From: an uncultured Poribacteria bacterium
GTDB taxonomy: Bacteria; Poribacteria; WGA-4E; WGA-3G
Assembly: GCA_958296135.2 (NCBI GenBank)
Contig: CATQHZ020000001.1
Coordinates: 2,336,001-2,400,000, forward strand
Direction of reading: 5' to 3'
DNA length: 64,000 nucleotides
The position numbers and the translations under genes were made by a program. Positions 1 through 8,651 of this stretch are shown piece after piece; the stretch's first letter is position 1; each line of letters begins with the position of its first letter. The notes beneath the pieces were generated by a model. That model saw only the letters and a list, made by a program, of their open reading frames with translations, made no database searches and was not told the DNA's origin.

Positions 1-1556
1 CCCGCGAGGCGGAACTGGCCGATTTCATTGCCCGCGTGAAACAGGGAAAATACATCGTCCTCTTCGCACCACGGCAGACAGGCAAAACTACCTTCTTTCG
101 ATGGGCTTTTCAGCGGCTGATAGCGGCGGCACCCGCTTATTTGCCCATCCAACTCGATTTCCAAGTGTTTCGCAACGCATCGCCTGCGGAGTTCTACCGC
201 TATCTCTATCGGGACATTCACAAGGAAATCCGAAAGGTATTCCGCCGACGCGGACAGGCACTGCCCGATACCCTCGCGCACTTTCTGGACAATACCACCC
301 TCACAGACCACTTTTCAATGCTAGAGTTCTTTGAAGAGCTCGGAAGGTTGCTGCCAGAACAGCAGGTCGTCATCGTCATCGACGAGTTTGACGGCATCCC
401 CCCTGCCGTCCTGAGTGATTTTCTGTATACTCTCCGCCGCATCTACCTCGCCGATGATGAAGAAACGCCCCGCTGTCCCCACAGCGTCGGCATCACCGGC
501 GTGAGGAGTGTGTCGCAACTCAACTACGACTGGTCTGTCTCGCCGTTTAATATCCAAGACGATTTCAGCCTGCCCAACTTCACCTTGGCACAAGTGCAGG
601 AACTGTTCGGACAGTATACCGCCGAAGTGGGGCAAGCGTTCGCGCCCGAAGTGCTGGAAAGTCTCCACAAACAGACTGGGGGACAACCGTTCCTTGTCAA
701 CCGCCTCGCGCAGATACTCACCGAGGAACTAGACATTCCAACCGCCGAGACAATCGGCATGGAGCACTTTTTAACGGCGCACACGCACATCCTTGAAGAA
801 CGCAACGTCAATATCACGCACCTCACTACCAATGTTCGTCGGAACCCGCGCTTTCAACGCGTCTTGATGCGAATCACGTCCTACGATGATAGCCAGCACT
901 TCAATCTGGACGATCCAGTCATTAGCGAACTTGCTACCTACGGAGTTATCAAACGCGGCGATGACCGGAAGTGCGAGATTGCCAACCCCATTTATTTATA
1001 CCGTATCCTACAAACCTTCAAGCCGACGATTAACGGCCTGGAACAGGAATACTACCCACAGGACACCGGCAACGGCTATCACGACTATCTCACCCCTGCA
1101 GGCGGCATTGACATGGCAGCACTGCTAGATAACTTTCGAGACTTCATCGCACGCGCCGGATTTCGCATCCTGCAAGTACCACAAACACCCACGGAACACG
1201 TCGGACAATACCTGCTGTTTGCCTATCTAGACCAGTTCGTACGGCAAATACACGCCACCATGCTCCTGGAAGTGCAAACCGGGCGCGGCCGAGCAGACCT
1301 GGTGCTCTTTCACCAAGGACAGAAGTATATCGTGGAAACAAAGATTTGGCAAGGCGAAAAATCGCATCAAGCCGGCAAGCAGCAGCTCGCTGCCTATCTC
1401 CAACTGGAAGGCGCGCAGGCAGGATATTACGTCGTGTTCGATCATCGCCAAACACCGGTGCCGCGCATGGAAACCGAACACCTTGAGGGACTGACGATTC
1501 GGAGCTATGTCATACCTGTCCTCCAAGAACAGCCATCGACACGGGGAACCCCTTAG
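1..1556 (+). CDS. AAA-like P-loop ATPase with C-terminal PD-(D/E)XK nuclease-like domain (5'-truncated by the window edge)
   Basis: Walker A APRQTGKTT, Walker B IVIDEFD, and C-terminal GRADLV...IVETK...QLAAY motif. The frame is open back to position 3, so the true start lies upstream. Confidence 0.8.
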   Translation, partial: REAELADFIARVKQGKYIVLFAPRQTGKTTFFRWAFQRLIAAAPAYLPIQLDFQVFRNASPAEFYRYLYRDIHKEIRKVFRRRGQALPDTLAHFLDNTTLTDHFSMLEFFEELGRLLPEQQVVIVIDEFDGIPPAVLSDFLYTLRRIYLADDEETPRCPHSVGITGVRSVSQLNYDWSVSPFNIQDDFSLPNFTLAQVQELFGQYTAEVGQAFAPEVLESLHKQTGGQPFLVNRLAQILTEELDIPTAETIGMEHFLTAHTHILEERNVNITHLTTNVRRNPRFQRVLMRITSYDDSQHFNLDDPVISELATYGVIKRGDDRKCEIANPIYLYRILQTFKPTINGLEQEYYPQDTGNGYHDYLTPAGGIDMAALLDNFRDFIARAGFRILQVPQTPTEHVGQYLLFAYLDQFVRQIHATMLLEVQTGRGRADLVLFHQGQKYIVETKIWQGEKSHQAGKQQLAAYLQLEGAQAGYYVVFDHRQTPVPRMETEHLEGLTIRSYVIPVLQEQPSTRGTP

Positions 1557-1617
1557 AATGCAGATTGCAGACAAACGCGGACGACTCAGGTTTCAAGGTT
1601 CGCTCACCCGCTTGTGC

Positions 1618-1644
1618 GGGCGGATAGAGACATCCGCCCTGACA
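1618..1644. repeat. Palindromic repeat family D (GGGCGGATAGAGACATCCGCCC-TGACA/TTACA)
   Basis: Hairpin with related copies at about 10767-10797, 14186-14211, 14287-14312, 41085-41112 and 50000-50027, all intergenic. Confidence 0.7.
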
Positions 1645-1831
1645 AGCCCCGTTCCGCTCAACTTAACTATTCTGTGCGAATGTGGTATCTTATGAGCAAT
1701 TTCAAAACCGCGCCGGTCGGGTTTTGCCAAGCACCACAGGGCTCCGTTAAAATGAAAAGCCCACAGCTGAGCCGCGGGCATGTCTGTTTTGCCTACTTTT
1801 TCAGCAAGAATTTCCTATTTTTTGTGCAACA

Positions 1832-1950
1832 CCGTAGGAGAAACCTCCCGCGTCTCGATACCTCCCCGGTAGGAGAGACCTCCCGGTCTCGATGCTTTCC
1901 TTTCCCGGTAGGAGAGACTCCCGGTATCGATGCTTTCCCGCGCCTCGATG
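1832..1950 (+). repeat. REP-like family B cluster (GTAGGAGAGACCTCCCG(C/G)GTCTCGAT), 3-4 copies
   Basis: Tandem GTAG-led imperfect palindromes. The same unit recurs at ~31677, 34243-34350, 35517-35640 and 52211-52310. Confidence 0.75.
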
Positions 1951-1951
1951 T

Positions 1952-2617
1952 TCATTCAACGCGCGCCACCGCGTAGATACAGACTGTTGCAGTCTTTTCG
2001 TCAAATTCAACCCGACAAACGGATTTCCGATAGGTAAACCCGTTGTCACAGATAAGATCGAAGAACCCGAGGGCATTGGTGCGATTCGGCTCGGAAAAGA
2101 GCGCGATGCCGTCAGGCGCGAGGAGTCCTTGGAGCAACCTCATAATCGGTTGCCAGTGATGTTCTTCATAGATGACATCGGAGGCGAGAATATGTGAAAA
2201 CGGCTTATCAAAACACGGGAACTCCCAATCCATCTGGACAAAAACCGCGCGGTTTCCAACACCGTTTTGTCGCGCGTTGTGTCGGGTGAATAGGAGTGCC
2301 TCTTGTTCTGCGTCCGTGAAGACAACTTCCGCGCCATTTTGACAGGCGACAATTCCTGTGAGTCCAAAGCCGCACCCGATTTCTAGGACGCATTGCCCGG
2401 CAAGCGTTTCGCCTAATTTCTCGATATGGCGCGCCAAGCCGATGGAAGCCTCCCAAAGGTAAGTCCAATAGGGAAGATAGAGTCTACCTTCGCTATCTTC
2501 TCGGCTGAGCTGCTCAAGGAACCAGTCGGGCTTTTCGATGGTGGTTAACCGAATGCTTCTGCTTTTCAGCAAGATAGTCCTCTCGGTTAGCGGATAATCT
2601 TGCAATATTCTGTTCAT
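1952..2617 (-). CDS. Class I SAM-dependent methyltransferase (Methyltransf_16 / protein-lysine MTase-like)
   Basis: Motifs LPYWTYLWEAS, VLEIGCGFGLTG and ILASDVIY. Start placed at MNRILQ because the ORF-track extension runs through a REP. Confidence 0.8.
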   Translation of the reverse strand: MNRILQDYPLTERTILLKSRSIRLTTIEKPDWFLEQLSREDSEGRLYLPYWTYLWEASIGLARHIEKLGETLAGQCVLEIGCGFGLTGIVACQNGAEVVFTDAEQEALLFTRHNARQNGVGNRAVFVQMDWEFPCFDKPFSHILASDVIYEEHHWQPIMRLLQGLLAPDGIALFSEPNRTNALGFFDLICDNGFTYRKSVCRVEFDEKTATVCIYAVARVE

Positions 2618-2673
2618 ATCGTCTTCACAATAGCCTACGCGAGGGGAACCCTCGCGCAGCCACCCGCCTACCG

Positions 2674-4596
2674 TCAAATAAAAATCTTATAGGTGCGCAA
2701 CCCCAGCGCAGGGCCAATAATTGCCCACAGACTGCCGATGACGTAATCGCCCAAAATCAATCCTAAAAACAGCGGCGCAACGCGGCGATGCAACTTCAGT
2801 CCACCGTGCCGCAAAATCATCAACTTCAGGAACCACGCCACGAAGAACGCGAACCAGAAGTAGTCCATCGCGAAACTAATCGCTAGGGCGTAACCCGCCG
2901 GGTGAAAGGGCCACCACAGGAAATGCATCCGCATATACATCATCAGAAATGTCAACAAGCCGCCGATACCCATGAACCCAATCCCGGTCCAGTTGGGTTC
3001 TGCAGGGTTGTGCAGCCAGCGTTGGAGTCGGCTGAAAGATTCTCTGCCTACCCAGCCTTTGAAGCCGCCCGCTTTCGCAATCGCGCCGTTTCGGAAGGTG
3101 ATGTCCAGATTCGCCCAGAACGTCGCGAGAATACCGACGATGATGGCAATCAGCATCGCTATCCACAGCCGCCGATTGCCCATCCCTGTTGATTCAGCGA
3201 TTTTAAACGCCTCAATCTGATTCGGCATCGGATGATTGCGGTAACCGCGATTGAACCAGTAGAATAGCGACATAATTGTGAGGCTACTCGTGTCAAACTG
3301 CCGAGTACCGCCGACGGTTGCCAGCATATCGTGTGGATTGACGTAGTAGATCTCGTGCGGCGTGCCAAGCTCCGCGCGCACCCGCGTAATCGCAAAGGAG
3401 AGTAAAAAATAGATGCCGAAGAAGAGCCCCGCAACCCATAACGCCATCCCCGCAGCGGTGACAAAAATGCCAAGCGCGATGAGCGAACCGACAATGCCGA
3501 GTAACGCAGCGCGATACGGCATCGGCTCATCTGAATCGTCCAGAGACGAATTGAAGCCGAACGCCTTTTTCAGCACCTCTATCAGGTGCCGGCGCGTTAC
3601 CCACACGGCAAGCAGAAACAGCGCAATCCACGCACCATACGCTTGCTCGTTGAGCGCGGGGAAATAGCGCGTACCGAGAGCCGCACCGATGACAAATTCG
3701 GCTAACCGCACCACGAAGAAAAACCAGCACGAAAACGAAAGATCCAAGGGGAGAAAGAAGGCTAACCCTACCGCAAACGGATAAACGGAGATGCGAGTAC
3801 CACGAATCACGTTCCACGGCCGATCGGTGAAGATATTTTGGAAGACCGCGGTGCGCTTGATATACGGAATCTCCGGAAACTGCGGAAACAGATAGTGAAT
3901 CCCGTTAATCACACCAATAACAAACGCGATGCTGAACCCTATCCACATCATCCGATTTTTCAGCAGCCTGATACCCCCATCTTCAGATAGCCCAAGAGGC
4001 AGTTGGATAATCGGATACGCCAACTTTTCGTGCTCTGTCCACCGCTTCCGAACAAGCGTATTGATGCACAGCATCATGAACATCATGATAAGGAAAAAGA
4101 GCCCCCAAAACGCAACCGGTTTTAACCACGTCAAAAAGTTATGGCTCGTGTAGAAAGATGCCTCGCCTTCGTAAAACCCTTGCAAACTTTGCGCGTCGTT
4201 GACGGTGAGCCAACTTGGAAGGTAACGAAAAAACAGCGTCTGCCACTCATTCTCCTCTGTCGCAAACCGAAACGGGTGCGCAATGCTGCCGAACATATTT
4301 TGCATCGTATCGTGCCCCGCAAACGTGCAGGAAATCGCCACCATAATGTAAATGCCCAACAACTCTCCCTGCTGGAGCATAGCCCGCGGCGCAAAGCGTT
4401 TCAGCACACAATTCAGCACCACACACACGAAAAGGATGAAAACCGGTTGGATAAAAAGCGGCAGGCATGAACCGTCTAGCGAGTAGTACTTCACCTCAAC
4501 CAGCGTCATCCAATAGACGTTAATCGGAATGAATAAAACGCCCAAGATGAGCGCGCGGCCCGTAATATTTGATGAGGTGCCCGAGGAGTTTTTCAT
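2674..4596 (-). CDS. Polytopic membrane protein, DUF6785/DUF6784-like putative transporter
   Basis: 640 aa with many hydrophobic helices. Motifs RKRW.EHEKLAYPI.QLP, ITRVRAELG, WWPFHPAGY and LFLGLILGD are typical of this family. Confidence 0.7.
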   Translation of the reverse strand: MKNSSGTSSNITGRALILGVLFIPINVYWMTLVEVKYYSLDGSCLPLFIQPVFILFVCVVLNCVLKRFAPRAMLQQGELLGIYIMVAISCTFAGHDTMQNMFGSIAHPFRFATEENEWQTLFFRYLPSWLTVNDAQSLQGFYEGEASFYTSHNFLTWLKPVAFWGLFFLIMMFMMLCINTLVRKRWTEHEKLAYPIIQLPLGLSEDGGIRLLKNRMMWIGFSIAFVIGVINGIHYLFPQFPEIPYIKRTAVFQNIFTDRPWNVIRGTRISVYPFAVGLAFFLPLDLSFSCWFFFVVRLAEFVIGAALGTRYFPALNEQAYGAWIALFLLAVWVTRRHLIEVLKKAFGFNSSLDDSDEPMPYRAALLGIVGSLIALGIFVTAAGMALWVAGLFFGIYFLLSFAITRVRAELGTPHEIYYVNPHDMLATVGGTRQFDTSSLTIMSLFYWFNRGYRNHPMPNQIEAFKIAESTGMGNRRLWIAMLIAIIVGILATFWANLDITFRNGAIAKAGGFKGWVGRESFSRLQRWLHNPAEPNWTGIGFMGIGGLLTFLMMYMRMHFLWWPFHPAGYALAISFAMDYFWFAFFVAWFLKLMILRHGGLKLHRRVAPLFLGLILGDYVIGSLWAIIGPALGLRTYKIFI

Positions 4597-4633
4597 AAAG
4601 TTGCAATACCAGCTTAATCACTCACGTTCTCAT

Positions 4634-5450
4634 CCCGTAGCGCGGGGGCCGTCACGCCGAAACTTTGTCATCTCTGCCGCCTCGCTGCAGAGATGTCCAC
4701 TGTCCCCCGCGAGCGCGCCTCGATAGATCGATGCATGGCGAGGCACAGGACCTCGCCCTACGGTATCAGACAACCCCCCGGTGCCCGTAGCGCGGGGGCC
4801 TGTCCCCCGCGATCGTCCTTCGTCCCGTAGTGGCCTGTCCGCCGCGAACGTTTCTCGCTGGACCGATGCATGGCGAGGCACAGGACCGCGAACGCTTCTC
4901 GATGGACCGATGCATGGCGAGGCACAGGACCGCGCCCTACGGTATCAGACAACCCCCCGGTGCCCGTAGCGCGGGGGCCTGTCCCCCGCGATCGTTGGAT
5001 AGACCAAGAACGTTCTTGGCCCGTAGCGCGGGGGCCGTCACGCCGAAACGTTGTCATCTCTGCCGCCTCGCTGCAGAGATGTCCACTGTCCCCCGCGATC
5101 GTCCTTCGTCCCGTAGTGGCCTGTCCGCCGCGAACGTTTCTCGATAGACCGATGCAAGGCGAGGGACAGGCCCTCGCCCTACGGTGAAGTGGGATGTTCT
5201 TGTCCCCCGCGAACGCTTCCCGGTAACTCGATGCATGGCGAGGGGGAACCCTCGGCGATTCGCGCTCGCCGGGCCCTCGCCCTACGGTGAAGAAGGACGT
5301 TCGATAGCTCGATGCATGGCGAGGGGGAACCCTCGGCGATTCGCGCTCGCCGGGCCCTCGCCCTACGGTGAAGAAGGACGTTCGATAGATCGATACATGG
5401 CGAGGGACAGGCCCTCGCCCTACGGTGAAAAAGGACGTTCTTCGATCTAC
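4634..5450. repeat. Large mosaic REP cluster (BIME-like), family A: CCGTAGCGCGGGGGCCTGTCCCCCGCG / TGGCGAGGGACAGGCCCTCGCCCTACGG
   Basis: About 10 GTAG-type palindromes in both orientations. Contains higher-order duplications (~4727-4815 vs ~4907-4995, and an 81-bp unit at 5228 and 5309) and 50-bp inserts at 4651-4700 and 5037-5086. Confidence 0.85.
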
Positions 5451-8400
5451 GGGAAAAGCGACGGCAATTCCCCAACAAGCCGCACCGTCTCCACACTCAC
5501 ACGCATCACCTGCCCAAGCAACCGAACGATATATTGCGCATCCTCAACACGATTCGGATCCGCAACAATACCACTCCCATTCAGATCCGACTTCACCCGA
5601 TACTGATCGAGGACCCACTCTAATGCCGAACGCCGCCCCAACTGATAATCAAACACGGCCGGCGGAATATCCACTAGCGTCAACGATTCGTTGTAGCGCA
5701 CCTCGGTCTTGTCTTTTGACAACTTCATCTGTGCCACGCGCCAATTCAGCGGCACGCCGGGTGTCTCAACGACGTTTGGCAGCACATCAAGTGCTTCATA
5801 ATTGACATGCAAGTCTGCCAGTTGCCGCCCGATGTTCACGAACCCCCAGAACTCCGGGGCGAACGGGAGATGCGGTAAATCGTGCTTCAAGTTCACCTGA
5901 TACCGCTCGCGATAGTCATGATGATGCAGCACCGCGTAGTTGTAGTGGAAGATGTCCCACTTGGAGATGGTATCGTCGGCGTAGTGTGCGCGGAATTGTG
6001 CCACTGCCCAGTCGGTGATGTTTTCTCGGCGGTTGGTCCCGTCCTCATCGTAAATATAGAAAGGGAAGCACTGCGAATCACCCGTCAAATGGAGATCTGG
6101 AATCACGTTAGCCATCAGCGCGTGGAAAGATTGCGTTGAGCCTGGGGCCTTGACACAGATAACCCGATTTTCCTGTTCGGTTTCCTGTGTCGGGAAGATG
6201 GCGGGCATCACATTGACACGTTGGTTCATCAACCTGTCAAAATAGAGGTGCGATTTGGTAAACGGACGATAGAGAGATGTGCGAATCTTCTCGGCAGAGA
6301 ACGTCACCAACGTTCCTTTTTTCGCTGCAGTCTTCAGCCGGTCTGTCCACTTAATCTGGGTGCGCTCCTGACTCACAAAATCGGTGACGCTGATATCCCT
6401 GTCCATCCGCCGTTCCCATCTGCCAACTTCAGCGTTGTAGAACTCCATCATCCGAGACAGATTCTCTGTCAAGGCGCGTGCGTCGAAATTGTAAACCCAT
6501 GCATCACGGTTCGTCACCACGCCGAGACTATAAGTTTTAAAGAGCGTGCCTTCAACATCGCCTTTCGCTGCCTTTGCTTTCTTGGTGCCCATCGGGAGGA
6601 ACGTGTCAAAGTCGGGTTCGAGCCCCTCCGTGAGCCACAGCTGGCGCGCATTTGGCTGCAATTCGCGCCACGTCACATTCCCGATATGTTCGCGGGCTGC
6701 GAGAAACTGGAAGGTGCGTTCCTTCGACAAAGCGGCGGCTTCATCGGTATAGCGGATGCGCGCGATGCCCGCGCGTTGCTGCTTCGTTTTCACAAAGAAG
6801 TTGATGCTCACGCCGACTTGAATGCCGAACACGTTGGAATCTCCCTTTTGTCCCTTGCGGATGTTCCCACCCAGGTCGACGATGTGGAGCCAGTCGAATT
6901 CCTCGGCGAGACACTGCCGCATCCCATCGAACATCGCCGCATCCAGGAAACTGTTGTTCGTGATAAACGCGATGATGCCTTCTTCCCCGATTTTATCGGA
7001 TGCCCAGCGGAGAGATTTCACATACGGATCGTAGAGTTTGTTTTTCAGTTGCGCTGTCGAGGCGGCGGCATACGTGGCGCGGACGCGCGCATCAACTGCT
7101 TCGTGGGGCCGATTCTTGTTGTTATCATTCTCGTTCGCCTGACTCGCGTTATATGGCGGATTGCCGATGACGACAAACATCGGTGTGTCCTTCTGCTCTT
7201 TGACGCGCAGCGTGTTTTCCTGCGTGAGAAAGGCAAACTGCCCTGTCTGATGCGGCGTGTCCATGAGCCCGAAGGTATCAAACGTGTCAACGAAACAGAT
7301 ATGCTTAAAAGGTTCGTATCGCCCCATCTTTTCAAAATAGGCGTGTTCGATGTTCATCGTGGCGATGTAGTAGGGGAGCAGCATCACCTCGTTGCAATGC
7401 AATTCGCCGCGATACTTTTTGTCCAGGGCGATGCCGGGGATTTCCTGCATGAGGCGCACGATGAAGTTGCCGGTGCCGACAAACGGATCGATGATGTGAA
7501 CGCCTGTATCGGCAAGCGATTTGCCGAAATGGGTTTTCAAGAGATGTTGGACGCTGTTCACCATGAAATCGACGATGGGTTGCGGGGTGTAGACGATGCC
7601 GTGCCGGTCTGCATCCTTGACAGAGAAGCCCTGAAAAAAGCGTTGATACAGCGTGTTGAGGAAGTCCTGTTTCTGGGAGAACTCTGTCAAGGTGCTGGCG
7701 GTTTTCTCAATGGCCGAGTAAAAGGGATTCAGTTCGTTGAAAAAGTGCGTTCTATCAAAGGCGTGCCGAGTGAGCACGTCAATGACGTTCTCTATCTCGC
7801 GGGCGATAATATTGCGGCGGGTGAAGTCGCGGTTATTGAATACGGTGGCGAAGATGCGTTCCGTCATGAGGTGTTGCGCGAGCATCCGTTCGACTTCGGT
7901 TTCGGCGAGGTTGGGGTTGATTGCGTTTCTGCATTGGCGATGGAAGTTCGCGAACGCCTCGCGGAAGTCGGGGGTGTTCTGGCGTTCGGTTTGGATGAGT
8001 GCTTCGAGTCTCGCGCCGAGCTCGGGGATGGTATCTTGGAAAGTGTCCACGGCTGCGTCCCAGTCGGCGAGGTTTTCTTCGGTGTAAGCGAAGAAGCTCT
8101 CGAGCAGCTGGACAAGATTGCGCGGTTCAGTGATGTCCAAGTCCAGCACGAGCGAACCGTTTTGGTAGAGAATGGCGCGGTGCGGGGTTTGGAAGATGAT
8201 ATTTTTGGCGGGATAGCCGGTTGTCAACTTCTGTTGCACTTCGGCGGGGAGCTCATCGAGCAGGTCCTTCGCTTCCCAATGCCCGAAGACTAAGCCGAAG
8301 TCGGTGACGATTTCGCCATCAATGCGAATGTGGTTTCCGTTAGGGGTGGTGCGCGTCTGCTCGCAGATAAGCGTGAGCGTGCGTTGTCCGCAATAGTGTT

Positions 8401-8521
8401 GCAGCAAGTTCTGGAAGGCGACGCGGACGGCTCCTTCGTGTTGTGCGCCGAGGTGTGTATACTGTCCGAGTTCGGCGTAGTAGGTTTTGATGGGTTTGTG
8501 CGTGGGTTTGATGCTGAGCAT
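5447..8521 (-). CDS. Single-chain restriction-modification enzyme: N6-adenine MTase with Type ISP-like C-terminal specificity domain, no helicase
   Basis: N-terminal RIDG...WEAK nuclease-like motif, GIVYTPQPIVDF, IIDPFVGTGNF (motif I), VIGNPPY (motif IV), and C-terminal YRPF / SALEWVLDQY typical of Type ISP TRDs. Confidence 0.8.
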   Translation of the reverse strand: MLSIKPTHKPIKTYYAELGQYTHLGAQHEGAVRVAFQNLLQHYCGQRTLTLICEQTRTTPNGNHIRIDGEIVTDFGLVFGHWEAKDLLDELPAEVQQKLTTGYPAKNIIFQTPHRAILYQNGSLVLDLDITEPRNLVQLLESFFAYTEENLADWDAAVDTFQDTIPELGARLEALIQTERQNTPDFREAFANFHRQCRNAINPNLAETEVERMLAQHLMTERIFATVFNNRDFTRRNIIAREIENVIDVLTRHAFDRTHFFNELNPFYSAIEKTASTLTEFSQKQDFLNTLYQRFFQGFSVKDADRHGIVYTPQPIVDFMVNSVQHLLKTHFGKSLADTGVHIIDPFVGTGNFIVRLMQEIPGIALDKKYRGELHCNEVMLLPYYIATMNIEHAYFEKMGRYEPFKHICFVDTFDTFGLMDTPHQTGQFAFLTQENTLRVKEQKDTPMFVVIGNPPYNASQANENDNNKNRPHEAVDARVRATYAAASTAQLKNKLYDPYVKSLRWASDKIGEEGIIAFITNNSFLDAAMFDGMRQCLAEEFDWLHIVDLGGNIRKGQKGDSNVFGIQVGVSINFFVKTKQQRAGIARIRYTDEAAALSKERTFQFLAAREHIGNVTWRELQPNARQLWLTEGLEPDFDTFLPMGTKKAKAAKGDVEGTLFKTYSLGVVTNRDAWVYNFDARALTENLSRMMEFYNAEVGRWERRMDRDISVTDFVSQERTQIKWTDRLKTAAKKGTLVTFSAEKIRTSLYRPFTKSHLYFDRLMNQRVNVMPAIFPTQETEQENRVICVKAPGSTQSFHALMANVIPDLHLTGDSQCFPFYIYDEDGTNRRENITDWAVAQFRAHYADDTISKWDIFHYNYAVLHHHDYRERYQVNLKHDLPHLPFAPEFWGFVNIGRQLADLHVNYEALDVLPNVVETPGVPLNWRVAQMKLSKDKTEVRYNESLTLVDIPPAVFDYQLGRRSALEWVLDQYRVKSDLNGSGIVADPNRVEDAQYIVRLLGQVMRVSVETVRLVGELPSLFP

Positions 8522-8651
8522 CCGTTTCTCTCCGCGGTTTTGTTAATGTTTTGGCAATGATAGCATCATTCGTGAAAAATCGCAAGAGGCAGCACCCTTT
8601 GCCCTTTTCTCGTAGAGCGGTAGCCTGTCCCCCGCGCGCCCTTGGCACAAA

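Noticed and set aside
4634-5450. CRISPR array
   Set aside because: Repeats occur in both orientations with irregular spacing and duplicated 'spacers', and no cas genes are present. This fits a REP/BIME mosaic.
4630-5805. Short ORFs (RGTGPR/RRARACPSP-rich) in the track
   Set aside because: They are translations of REP repeats.
6221-8293. 690-aa plus-strand ORF
   Set aside because: It is fully antisense to the R-M gene with no recognisable motifs, so it is probably a codon-bias shadow ORF.
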